NCBI RefSeq assembly: GCF_006345805.1
Contig: NW_021832974.1
Coordinates: 1,363-65,362, forward strand
Direction: 5' to 3'
Source: Octopus sinensis
Taxonomy: Eukaryota
DNA length: 64,000 nucleotides
Position 1 is the stretch's first letter; each line of letters begins with the position of its first letter. The notes under the pieces are model-generated. The model worked only from the letters and a program-made list of their open reading frames with translations. It searched no databases and had not been told where the DNA came from. This document shows positions 37,830-50,464 of the stretch, piece after piece. Made by a program: the position numbers and the translations under genes.

Positions 37830-40177
37830 TATGGGGAGTCCTTGGCACACGAGAAGGACGAAATCAGGAGACTGTTTGCCCAAGTGAGTTATTTGTGGCA
37901 AATTAAATGCACTTGTGCGGTCATGTCGTAGGTCGAACAGGCCACCACCAAAGTGCAAGTCCAGAAATATATTTTGAAGAACAAGAAAATAATGGCAAAG
38001 TGGGGAATGATTTGGTGGAGTTGGTGGGAAACGATCTTTGGAATTGCGCGAAAGTGGAAGGACTGGCCCCCCCGTTTGCAGAACAGGACGTGGACACTTT
38101 CATTTCCTTATTCCTCCACTTGCAAGGCAATGTTGACTACGTTCTCGACTTGGCGAGGAACATTAGTCGGGATGAAAGAACAGCCTTCTGGAGAGTACCC
38201 CTCCTCATCCATTCAGATCTTGGCTACCTCCATTCACGGACATGGGAGTGACCTGCTGTGGGCTGTCAGGTTGTGCGAAAAGGCCTTTAGCGTGGGGATA
38301 TTCGAGGACAGCCCTGCGATGGGGGACGGGAATGACCAATTCGTCACATTTATGGAAATGCTGGGGCTCTGTAGATGAGTGGGTTGACATGCAGGCACTG
38401 AGGACATGACCTGTTTCTACAAAGCAGCACTCGACTCGTTCTTCTGTGCCGTGTCGATGGAGACGTGCCTCTTTCACGACTTTGGTTCATTTCTGCCCCC
38501 CACAAGGACATTCCCCCCACTTCTGAGGTGAGTCACGACTACATTGGCAGCAAAACACAAACTTTGGAGAGAATTGTGAATTGCTTCAATTGCTTGGTGG
38601 GTGACGTGAACGTGGACCTTCTTCCTCCTCCGATTCACAGTTTGATCCGATGCCTGCGTCGTGTGGACAGTCGGAGGCCTCTGTTCTTGCGACTGTGGGG
38701 ACTGTTCCTCAAGCCGACGATGACTCGTCCCCCCCCTCTGTTCCCTCCCCTCCCTGACACCACCAACCTACGAGTAGTCGTGTCCGTGTTGGACGACTTT
38801 GTTGTCTTGTCCTCCTCCCAGCTGCGTTCCAAGTATGGACACATTGGGAATATTGACTTGGTAAGCAGTCCTCCCCATTCCTGAATATGCTCGACCACCT
38901 GGAGGCCCGCCTTGATGGGTGGGCAATGGGGCAGGCCGAGTGTCCCCGCCTATTCGTCATCTGCCAGTCAGACTTGATGCAACTGGTAGTGTGCCTGATT
39001 ATGGCAGATTAGGTGGGTGAGGGATTGTCCACAACATTCCCCCATCCCATTCCCCTCACACACTCCCCACAAATCCACGTCTTCAAACGTGCACAAACAG
39101 AGGAATTAAAGTCGATGGAGCAAGTGAACAGTGAGTGTAGTCCGGATGAATTATTGCTCCATTTCTGTGAGAAGAGACGGGCGGAGAAAGTGCCGAGAGT
39201 GTGTAGTGGGGATGTGTCGAGGAGGGCATTGGAGGTGGGTGTGATTGGGGCGTGGCTGGGAGAAGACAGTCAGCAGATGACAGAACTGTGGGAGACACTC
39301 GCACTACTCCAATCGCCAGAGTATGTTGAGTAACATGTCCCAGTCCTCGCTTGGTTGGGCGACTGGAGGACATTTGCAGAGGATATGAACAGTACGGCAA
39401 GTATTTGTGGGAGACCAAGCAGGAGAGCATAAGAAAGCTGAACAGTCTGCTCAACTCAGTGCGGATGAACGGAATGTATGTGCATGTGAGTAATGACAGA
39501 GAGGACAAACACTGCGACACGAATATAATCACGCTTATCTACCACACCTACTTCACTCGAAAGGCCCATCTCTTCCACGGGTTGTCCCCTGACTTGACAA
39601 TAATCCGATCGAATGTCGACAAGTTCAAAGGACTGACCAGCATGTTGAGGAGTTGAGTGTTCCACTTATCATTCAGGCGACTTGCAGCCACTCGCCGATA
39701 ACCAGGCCGAGAGGATAGTCTTTGGCCATGTCTACAACATGTTCCCTCCCAACACGGACGAGTCCACTCGTCAACACATTAAAAGTCTTCCTCATCACGT
39801 CATCCTCGCTCCCGAGTTGAGGCACTTGGCCCACTGTCCTTGGTTTATGGCTGAGAGGGAGTTATTGCGTATTAATTCGTCCAAAGTAATCATCCCACCC
39901 TACCTAGACCCCCCGAGACAAAATTAAGTGTGTGGTGCAAATGACGCGAGTAATCACTGCCATTCTGGCTACCCACAACACACCCACTTGTGCCGACATG
40001 CTCTTCCCCGCCATTATATACGTCATTTGCAAGGCCAACCCACCACACTTGCTCCACAACTTGCACTTTGTCCGCTCATTCGGAGACCTCACTGGGGAGA
40101 ACAACTACTGCTGGACTCAGTTCTGCATGGCTGTGACCTACATCACAGAGAACTTGACTAATGAAGAGTTGTTTTAA
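37830..40177 (+). CDS. GAPVD1: GAPVD1/GAPex-5/RME-6-like Rab5 GEF (RasGAP-like N-terminus, VPS9 C-terminus); start uncertain
   Basis: EKDEIRRLFAQVEQ resembles the GAPVD1 N-terminus. C-terminal CPWFMAERELLRIN..K.P..K, CADMLFPAIIYVICKANPP..L, GE..YCWTQFCMAV are VPS9 motifs. Many micro-introns. Confidence 0.82.
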
Positions 40178-40183
40178 TAAATG

Positions 40184-41040
40184 TCACATGAAGTAGTCGG
40201 GGAGGTGGGTGTGGTTGGCGGAGAGGGGTGAGTGAGTGAACTGTACATGAGGGAGGGAGTGTGTAGGTGTGTGTCCAACTTCATGAAGGCAGCCATGTTG
40301 CCAGAGCGGTAGGAGTAATTGGGGGCGGAGAAGAGAGTGAGGACACCAATTGTATCCCTGTGAGATGGGGAGAACAGTCATGGCGAGTTGGTGAGCGCGG
40401 GCAATGAAGTGATTGTGGTGGACGAACAGAGTGGTGATGTCGGGACATGCCCCTGGGAGAGGGGAGGGGGAGTCGTCGGGGTCAGAGAATGTAAGTCACC
40501 CTGGAGTGAGTGGAGAGTATACTTCGTGGGGGATGGATTCGGTCGAGAGTGCGAATGTGGTCAATCGAGTCGATGGAGGGAGACAGTGCACGGCAAACAC
40601 TCGGTCGTCGATGACAGGGGGAGGTAGTCGAACACGTCAGTCTCCACACTTGCACGTACTTTTGCGCACACTCGTCGTATAAACCTGCGTTATTTGCCGA
40701 CATTCCCCCGCAGTAGGCTCACCTTCCCCGGGTACCTCCATTCACCACTCACACTACCTTCAGTGCTAACAACAGGCACACTGTCTCCACCGAGTCATGT
40801 CCACGTAGTCACCCAAAAACAGGTACTTTTCCTCACCACTCCTCTCCAACATTTCCAACAAGTCGTACAATGTGCACGTCACCACACACTGTCAGTGGAG
40901 TACTCACCTGTTCCACGTTTAGTTCCCCTGACAATACCTCCTTGCTCTACCACTCACTCACATCACTCACCATGTAACATTCGCACTTCACACACTCCCA
41001 ACACCTCGCACTTCCGCAGTCGGCTCACCCACTTGACACA
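40184..41040 (-). pseudogene. PP2A/PP4-family catalytic subunit copy with many small deletions
   Basis: Collinear fragments KWVSRLRKC, TVCGDVH, YLFLGDYVD, LLRGN, RQITQVY, YDEC, FDYLPLS, LSPSI, SDPDD, ARAHQL, GYNWC, SAPNY and terminal PDYFM, separated by frameshifting deletions. Confidence 0.9.
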
Positions 41041-41158
41041 TCACTTACTTTTTATTATTATTCTTACTTTTTATTAATCACCAAAGCTGAAATAAACAGT
41101 TTGAACCAATTTCATCTGAATGATGCCAACTTTTTGGCCATAAGACTGGGCAGTCTCA

Positions 41159-41900
41159 TTGCGGTGGAAAGTTCTTTTGTCCGATCTGAAGGGACATTCC
41201 GTGAAAGACTCAGAACCACCCACCTACCCCATCAGACTTAGCAGAAATAAACAAAAAATTGCAAAGTGGAGAGAATCTCGACGCACTACAAACAACATGT
41301 CACTGTCCTACGCAGACTACATTATTATTGCTTCTAAACACGCAGACGACATATCAGCTTATTTCAACATCCAGCAACAACTATATTCCGTCGAGAATTG
41401 GCTCATTGAGAACAGGCTACACACTTTATTATCTTCTGATAGAAGACAATCAAATCTACACACGAAGTTATCTCTCTTTGGTTCTGACCTTCCGTTATGC
41501 AAAACCCGACTATCCTCGGACTTACCTTTGATTTAACTACGTCTTTAAAAAGACATGTCTCAAACATTACTGGTACCCAGAAGCTACTCGTCAAACGAAT
41601 TCATAAACAATACATACGACCAGTATTAAGTTACGCTAGTCCACGGTGGCCACCCTGCTTATCTACAAGCTCGACAATGACACTTGAATCAGTACAAAAC
41701 AAGGTCATGCGCACTATATCTGGGTATCTGAAATACTCCAATCGATCACCTACATTGTGAAACATACATTTTACCAATTGATAAACATCTAAATATGAGA
41801 GGAGCACAATTCCTATTTGCATCGCGAAATTCCTATAATCCTTGTTGTGCTCTAAATGTGCTAAACGGAAATGGTCGTTCACTAAAGAATACGCGGCGAC
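41159..41900 (+). mobile_element. Decayed I/Jockey-like LINE RT C-terminal remnant
   Basis: HADDISAYF, PTILGLTFD, IRPVLSYASP.W, LESVQNKVMRTISG. Confidence 0.7.
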
Positions 41901-42196
41901 TCTATATTCCCAGGCCTTGCTAAAATTGATGGTCTGCACAGATGTTCACATCCAATTAAAAACATTCACAATTCAATCTCAACGTAATCTAATGTGAGGT
42001 CGAGGCTACACAACAACACGGAAACGCAAAGGACAAAGAACAAGGAAAACTAAATTAGCTTACGATTAATTAAAAACTATTAAATTGGATAATTCGTAGT
42101 TGGATAATTGAATATAAATATAATCAAGTTGTCAGATATAGTTGAATAGATTGTTTATCGCGCATTCCATGTTTGTAGTATTAATACATTAGTAGA

Positions 42197-45100
42197 ATGG
42201 AAGGAGAAGGTAGAGGAATGTGAAGAGTTTAGAAATCGTGAGTCTATACTCTTACCGATGGGAAGGACAGTTGGCGGTGGTGGTGGCCCGTGAAGGGAAG
42301 GGGGCAGGGACGGACAGTTCGGTGTACCACGTGGGGAGTGGGGAACATGCAGGAATAGTGGTGAAGAAGCCGATAATGGGTGAGGGGAGTGGAGTGAAGA
42401 AGGGGAGGCTGCAAATCCCGATAGTGTGTGAAGTGTCGGACAAGACAAAGACGTGGGCTGTATGGGTGTGAGTGAATGTTGGCAGGAAGTGCGCCGACTG
42501 GAGTTCACTTTCCGGGAGGACTACGGGGAAGAAGCGTGCAAGACGGCAGCTCTGGACTTTCACCACGACCTGCTGCACCCGGACATATTCCAGCGAGGTA
42601 AGTGTGAGTGTGATGGCAGACTATTGCGGATTCATCATCACCATGGTCAAAATACTGCAGCACAGATACCCCGAGATACTGCAAGTGTCCTGCTCATTCC
42701 AAACTCCCTCTGCTGTCCTCAAACACCTCCAAAAGTGTTACCCCAAGAAGGAGTCGGTGGACTCGATGGTGGGGGAGTTGATGGTGGGTCGTGAGGAGGT
42801 GATGGGCTGCCTCGCCTACTTGATTGACCACCAGTTGGTGGAGTGTGTGGGGGAGGAGTACGTCCTGAGGGTGGACTTGGCCCCACTCCTCCAACTGTTG
42901 GAGGACATTCACCCCAGAGGATTGTCCGCCCAAGACATATTCCATCAACTGTCGATGGGAGAGGAGGTGTTGAAGTGTGGGGTGGGGGAGGGGTATATTG
43001 TCGAGAAGGGAGGACAGTACTACATACGCAGATTGGAGGACCAGGAAATACAACTCGTGTTGGAGGCAGTGCAGCAGGCACACCCGAGGGGGATCACTCC
43101 CACTCAAATCATGGACTATTCACACCTCCCGGAGATTGTCGTCCTCTCCTCCCTCCACCTCCTGGAGGAGAAGGGAGATGTCGTCAACAGTGAGGACATG
43201 TACAACCTCGCCCATTCCTTCACTGAGCAGGACTACGAGCTTGTCCGGTCAGCACTGCTGGAGAAGGGGACATACCACCCGGAGACCATCGCCAAGTACT
43301 GTGCATGCTGATTGCAGTGCCACCAACATTCCAGTGACCTCGGTGGCCGCCATCCTGTCGTCGATGGCCATGTGTGGAGACATTGTGTGTTCAGAGGGGA
43401 TATACAGGAGGAGAGCAGTGACGGAGAGGGGGAGGGAGAGAGTGCTGTCCGCCCTTTCATGCAAGAGTGGAGTGTGTCTGAAGGAATTGTGCACGTATGT
43501 GAGTGTGTGAGTGGTAGGGCACTGGAAGAGGGGGAGTTCTACACTCAATTGACAGTGGACAGTCTGGTGGCCGACAACCTGGTAGTCAGGCGGGGGACGG
43601 ACTACTACATGGACAGTCGATGCAGTGACGCGGACATTGCCACAGTCCTCCGAGCATTGGAGAGTGTGTCCCCCCGCGGACTGTCCCCCACCCAGATCGA
43701 CTGCGGACTGGCACAAGTGGTGGTGAATAAGGCACTCGCCCACCTGACTGCCCGGGGGTTTGTCAAGACTTGTGAGGACAAGTACTATTCGCGGAACTTT
43801 GAGGGTGTGGAGTGTGATGAGTGGTAGAGGACTGTCAGGAGATTATCCGTGTTCTCAGGACGTGTGGGGGGGCCACTCTCACTGAAATTGCGGACAAAGT
43901 GGGGATCCAGTCAGAGGTGTTGGTCAAGGACATTCTCCGTCACTTGGAAGGGGAGTCGGTCGAGTTGGTGGGCAAGCTGTACTACTACGGGGGGCAGGAC
44001 CTGAGAAGAGTGCTGTCTTTGCTGGCCGACTGCTACCCGAAGGGAATGTCTGCCACTGAGTTGGGAGTGCCCCTGGACACGTTGGGGCGTCTGAGGGACC
44101 AAGTGTACTGTGAGGACGACGTGTACTACTACCAACCTTGTCTGTCCACGCAGGACTACGAACAAGTGTTGCGAGTGCTGGAGGCCGCCTACCCGAACAG
44201 TGCCACTCTCCTCTCCGTCTGCACGGATACCAAATTGAGTGAGGCACACGTACTGCACATTCTCCACACACTCATCGACCGGCAGCAAGTGGCCCAAGTG
44301 GACACGCACGTCTTCAGGCGGGCATCCTCCATTGCAGGTGCTCTCTCACTATATGTGTAGACAAGTACGTCACGAAGGGAGATGTGCAGGGCGACCCCAC
44401 CATTGCCATCTTCACCGCCCACTACGTCTGCAAGGTGGCCATCGACGTTCTCATGACGGACATCTCCACATACCTCAAGTACAAGTTGGGAGGGGAGTCC
44501 TCCGTCTACACCCTCGGCCGCATTGGCCACCACCGAGTTGTGTCCACCAAGTTCTCCCACGGATACTCACAAGCCTCCGCCATCTCCATCGGCAATGCCA
44601 CCACTCGCCTCCTCGGCACTTTCCCCCACATTCAACACGTCTTCATTCTCGGCTTGGGTGGCGCTGTCACCTCCTCGCATGTCCGCTTGGGCGACGTCGT
44701 CGTCTCACACCCCGCCCACGACAACTCACTCTACTACATGGCCACCAACTTTGCCACTCAACACGACCACTCTGTGTCCTACACTGTCAAACGATGGGCT
44801 TCCCTCAATCCTGTATCCTACTCTCACTATTCCAGACACTCCATCAACTCGCTGCAAGTCTACACACTCCTCACTTTGAGGACTACATCACTCACGGACA
44901 GGCCCTTCTCTCTGATACCTCATACGACTTCCATCGCCCTCCTCCTTTCACCGACCCATTCTACCGACGAACACATCCACTTCCTCGCCCTCGCATTTGT
45001 CTCGGCACTGTCGGGGCAGGTCGATATCTCCACACCGATGACCATTTGAAGGCACAGTTCGTCGAAAAGACGGGCGTGATTGCCTTCGATGACGAATATG

Positions 45101-45258
45101 ACCAAGTCACCGAGTCCATTCACGGCAATTGTGTCGACAGTTTTCTCTTCATTCGCGGAATATCCGACTATGTCGACGGCACTCACAACGAGATGTGGCA
45201 GCCATATGCAGCACTCGCCGCCGCCGCTGTCCTTCGCTACATTCTCGAGAATCTTTAG
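42197..45258 (+). CDS. Protein with ~10 tandem winged-helix-like repeats and a C-terminal PNP/UDP-phosphorylase (MTA/SAH nucleosidase-like) domain
   Basis: 22-23 nt introns join all ORFs in frame. Repeats of type L..L...(H/Y)PRG.S...I......V...L..L...G.V.....Y; C-terminal VFILGLGG, VRLGDVVVS, FD.EYD, FIRGISDY.DG, WQPYAALAAAA. Confidence 0.8.
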
Positions 45259-45796
45259 TCTAATTTATTTAATGTTCTTTCCTTTGTGTCTCACTAACAG
45301 TTTCTCATCATATTTGGCAGACCACTTTGCTTAATTGGTTAATCATTTTCATGCCACATATCCATTAATTATATTGGATTTGGCAGGTTATGATTGATCG
45401 GTAGAGTGCCAACATATCTTATTAATTGATGATCGATAAGATATTATTTAGGCCCCAGATCTACTTTTTTACAAAGATTTAACATCCTTCCTGCAGATTT
45501 TATGGTAGTTTCCTATTCAGAATGAAAATTCATTCAATTATAGCTGTGTAATTTGTTCAGATTTGAAATCATAATGAAAACAAAGTCTACAAAAAATACC
45601 AAAATCGCAATCGTCAATAAAATAGACGTAGTGACAAAATCTCCGTGCTAGTTTATTCCTTAAAATGTATGATCTGCATGGAGCAGTCAATAGTTACTAT
45701 TATAAGCAAGGTCTGCTTCCCTTCCAAAGATAAAGCTTGCATATTTAATGGATGAGGCATACTCCTCTGCCAATTAATCAAACATATATTATAAAG

Positions 45797-46609
45797 TCAC
45801 ATATTGTTTATTTTATCCCTCAAAATGTTCAGTTCATGAGGGGGAATCTGTTTCAACAGCAACAATATTGCAGAGAGCGTGGACGAATACTGGAAATGAC
45901 ACACACACCCATCACCTCCTCACTACTTCTCGTCTCCCTCACGACCGACTCCACGAAAGGCTCGTTCTCGATCACCAACGGGTCAATGTTCGACTGAGCC
46001 CTCAAAACACTGACATGTGACACTACTTTGGTGGGTCTACAGACAGTGCTGTTTCCTCAGTGGCAGTCAAATCATTCAAACACAGTTCAATTTGGTTAAG
46101 CGTGAGGGACTCGGTCGAGTCAGTGGATGGGATGAGTGGTGGGTCGGGAATGACTGCATAGGACAGGCCTGCCGAGTTGGCCAGTGTCTTCTCGATGGGG
46201 GTGATGGCTAGCAATGTGGTGGAGAATTACTTATATCGTCCAGTCGAACCAGGGAAGGGAGATTGCGGATCACAGTGGCCCGATACAGCCTTTCCTCAGC
46301 ACAGGGGTTGCCTTGAGTGAGCAGAGGAATATACCCAGGAGGGACAACTTCTCGAGATTGGGGAGTCCTCGGAGGTGACGAATTTGAGTGAGGTCGGATA
46401 TTGAATTATTGCGGAGGAATATTTCCCTGAGGTTGGGATATGTGGCCAACTGGGCTATACTGCTTATTCTATTACAACTATCAATTGAGGATTAGTAGGC
46501 GTGCCTGAGGGATATCACTCGTAGGTCAGGACTGAGTTGTGTGGGCACTTGCTCGAATCCGTAGCCCCTGCGCCATCAAGTCAATATATAACCAGTAGTT
46601 AACGTGCAT
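45797..46609 (-). CDS. CFAP410: CFAP410/C21orf2-like LRR protein
   Basis: Spliced product VNYWG..ISLSCNRISS..LREIFLRNNSISDL..LRGLPNLEKLSLLGNPC..YRATVIRNLPSLVRLD, plus C-terminal LSAILLLLKQI; includes GC-AG intron 46478-46504. Confidence 0.8.
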
Positions 46610-47419
46610 GTATTATTAATAAACAAAATATGATTAATAAATATTCATAATGGGAGTGATTGCTTTCATGTTGCCGATTAGTACTTTTGATATGCCGCAC
46701 GGAGGAGACCCCTCGGGCGGAAATAAGGGTAGAAATAAGTAGAGTAATCATCCTGCTTCAAGTCAGGGAACCCCTTCGATAGAATGACCACTCCCTCCAC
46801 GGTTGGTGGAGTGCATCCACTTCCAATTAATATCTATGAATTAAATGTGCTTTGGTCGTAATATTCTTAAAATGTATTCGAGATCCATTCTATTAAAAAA
46901 TCTTGGACTTTCCATTTCATGCATTATGAGTGCCCAGGTAGAGAAGTTTTACACTGAGACTGGTTTTACGAATAATTTTATCTTTAAAAAGTAGGAATTT
47001 GTTTATCAAATAATCATACGTTGTTTAGTCTTTTAATTGCGAAAAGTGCTTTTCTTCGCAGTATGCCCTCTGTATTTCCTAATAGAGTGCCAAGTTTGTT
47101 TGTATGTCTCCATTTTTCTTCGTTTTGTTGTTTGCATCGCCTACTATTTATATTCTATTTTTAGCGTTAATTTTTATAAATGTTTTTCCAAATGTGTTGC
47201 CCAATTTATCCTTAATACCTCCTAATTGGTGGTCTGTTGTCGTGATCTATTACTCCTGGCGTCTCGTAGCGATTCCTCCAGATATGTGATGAACAAAATC
47301 GGGAGAGGGCGTTTCTTGGAGGGTGTCCTTGTTTGTTCCAAATACTCCGTATTTCTGTTTTCCCAACTAAATAAATCTTGCTCGGACGGGGTGTTAATAT
47401 TTTTATCATCTTGACTCAG

Positions 47420-47690
47420 CTAATTGAGTCAAATGTGTTAGATAGGTCGATTCTCATTACTTTGTACTCTTCTTTATATTTTTGATATGATTCACAGATC
47501 CATTTGTGACTCTAAACGGCATTGGAATTCACTTTGGCTAGCTTTAATATATTTATGTAGTGAGTTTATTATTCTTTGCAGGGCAATTAGCGATAAGATT
47601 TTGCGCAGTGAGTTGAATAGTATGATTGGTCTTAAGCGGTTTAGCCTTTCTCTTTCCTTTCCCGTTTTATTTAGGATGTTCCTCTAAATA
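47420..47690 (-). mobile_element. RTE-like RT remnant
   Basis: LRPIILFNSLRKILSLIALQRI...ASQSEF. Confidence 0.65.
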
Positions 47691-48010
47691 AACAAAATTA
47701 CGATTTGACAAATGATGTTTTGCTTGATTACAAAAAATCTCCTTCTGCAAAGTGCATTCAGAGCATTATGCCCATAATGGTCTGTTTCATGGATTCCTTG
47801 AGCAATGATTTTCATTTCTTCTGTACTTGTTAAAGCTACAATAAGTTTTTGGAGTCGATTAGTATATCGCAGATATAGCTTTTTGTCAATAAAAATGCAA
47901 TTTTCAGCTTTCTTTTTTTAGTCGGAACTTTTTAATTATCGAATTATCCACGTCTTGCGCTTCAAGGATGATTTTCAGTAAGTTGTACATCTTCAACAAA
48001 CATCCGGGTG
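47690..48010 (-). mobile_element. Third Ginger-like integrase remnant (N-terminal part)
   Basis: KKFRLKKKAEN..KLYL..EEMKIIA..IHETDHYGHNALNALCRRRFF, clearly homologous to 11150-11420. Confidence 0.8.
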
Positions 48011-48561
48011 TGTGACATTAGGATAACGTAATTATTTTAGTGCCACCAAAGTGTCTCTTTTAGTGCTAACCCCAATTATAGTGTCAATAAGGTGAACTAA
48101 GTTCACTGATCAAACACAATGAAGGCAGAAGTACGTATATATTTGAGTCTTCACTTGCGCCAGGCACACAATTTTTTAAGATCATGAGAGAAGAAAAAAG
48201 TTAATTATTTTTAATTAATTCCGAGTTAGAAAGTCTATGAATTACTTTTGTCTCATATTTTCTTTTTATTGACGTGTAGTTGAATAAGACTAGAAAGGGA
48301 GACATCCCAACCGGAGATCCATTCCATACGAGTCCGTATGTGATGAGATGTCCATTTTTTAAAATTAATTGGGAATAATAGATATGAAAGAAATACCTAA
48401 ATCACTTATTATTCAGCAAAATGACGAATTTTATTTTATTAAGTCGCGAGCGCTGATATTGATCGAGCCCTGAAAGTGAACCATAAATCTCAATTTTCGT
48501 CAAAAATAAAAATAATCTATTACATCAAAGTTAACTAAAGTCAATTATTAACAATTAACAA

Positions 48562-49250
48562 ATGCTAATTAACCCTTGCTGTCAATCTCTTTGTTGTCTT
48601 TGCGGCTCTCGTACTGAAAGCCCTGATGAACTTTTCAGCGGTGGAGTAGATGGCTTGAGGCCTGGTCATCTAAAAGACCTAACATCTCCCATTACCGCTG
48701 AAGCTAGACGAAGATTATTACGCTTTACTGTCCTTAAAAAAAACAACGGTGTGAGACCTATCGCCGTAGGAAATATTTTTCGGAGGCCCTCTGCTAAGAT
48801 ACTTTGTAATGCTATTGTTCCCTGTTTTTTTACAAAGTTTTTACCATCGCAAATTGCTGCAAGAAGACTGTTCATTTGATTCGGGAATTAATGGAATTTC
48901 TCGAGCCGTTTATCATAGTTAAACTGGACGTTTCGAACGCCTTCAATTCTATCAGACGTAATCACTTACTAAAGTGTTACCGCGAAATGGTTCCTTTCGC
49001 ATGCCCTCTCGTGCATCTGTCATAGACAACCCAAGAATCCTTATGTTCCACGATGTTCCTATTTTCTCGTCGACCGGGGCCACCAGGGTAATCCCCTGGG
49101 CCCCGTGCTTTTCGTCTTGGACGTTAATTGTATCGCTTACTTTGTTCTAACCCCTATTAACAATTTGTATTTAAATGACGCAACTATTTTTTGGTCCTCC
49201 CGATGCTGTTTTTGACAACCTCCGCCCTATTCTTCTGTTTAATCACGGAG
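48562..49250 (+). mobile_element. Degenerate CRE-like non-LTR RT
   Basis: DGLRPGHLKDL, RPIAVGNIFRR, KLDVSNAFNSIRR, QGNPLGPVLF. Confidence 0.8.
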
Positions 49251-50464
49251 TTAAGAATCTTGCTTAGAAGATCTATTACCATAACAAATAGTAGGGACGA
49301 TAATGAATCTCTCTGCAAATTTCCGTATTCCTTATTTAAGGAGTGATAAATAAATACTCATTCTTTCGTGGCCTGAAACCAGCACCTCTCTTTTTCTCAG
49401 TGGAAAAGGAGCTTCATTTATTTATTAAGATTCAATATAATTTTTTTGATTTAAACCAAATCACCAATTACGAAATTTCTTTTTCGAATGTTTATAGATT
49501 AGATATAAACAGGAAGTAATTCCAAAGTATTTAATTGGAATCGATTAACTATGGTCAACTAAATTATCTAATTAAGTCCAGATCGTCAGTGATTTCCCTC
49601 CCTTCCTTGAAAGAAAAGTTTTCCACAAACTTCCTTTGCTTTTCCATTATTGTGTCAAGGTTTTTGTTCAGCTGTGTTTCTTCTCAGCATTGCACCTCTG
49701 ACTTGATTGGCGACAAAGGCGTCTTTTTTGTCGTTTACCTTAATTCCTTGTTTATGTTCAGTGAGCATACTCTCCTGCGTCCTCTTTAGCACAAACAATA
49801 GGAGGTAATTAAAACTAATTTAATTTGAGTTTATCGATTTCTAGTTTAAAATTAATATATAAACGCATTTTAGAAACAACTTAGGATATGTTCTAAAATA
49901 AATTACTTTTTGAGGCGAGACATTGAATGACAGTGAAAAGATGGACAGAGTGAGGATGGATTGGACGATCTTTAAAACAGAAATACACAATATTAAAATA
50001 TTTACCAAACAATTTTCAAAATTCATACATAACTTTATACATAAAAAACATAAAAACAATTTTCAAAATTCACACATAACTTTATACATAAAAAACATAA
50101 ACATAAAAACAATTTTCAATTTAACATCGGCAATATAATGCCTTCCTCTAATGAAAATTAATTCAGGGATCAAAATTATGGAAAAATCTATCCCTTTGTC
50201 ATTATAATGAGAAGTCGTCAGATAAAACTTCACGAAACGTTGGGAACATGTAGTAGAACATGCATTAAATATGGAATCTTTCCTCCTCTTAAAAGCCGTA
50301 CGAAATAGTTGTTTATAACTAAATAAACAAAATAAATTGTCCCACTCGTGTGTTTACTTTTCTATTTATGAACTTAATTGAGATTAATCGGTTCATGGAT
50401 ATTTAAGCGGAATAGCCCTTATTAATAAACCACTAATTTAATGAAAACAGAAAAAGAAGAAAAG

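Noticed and set aside
21101-45186. Many overlapping and antisense ORFs in the GC-rich islands
   Set aside because: They are shadows of real genes, caused by stop-poor skewed composition; no motifs.
44384-45258. Bacterial contamination or recent HGT for the PNP domain
   Set aside because: It is fused to upstream exons, contains host-type micro-introns and shares the local skew.
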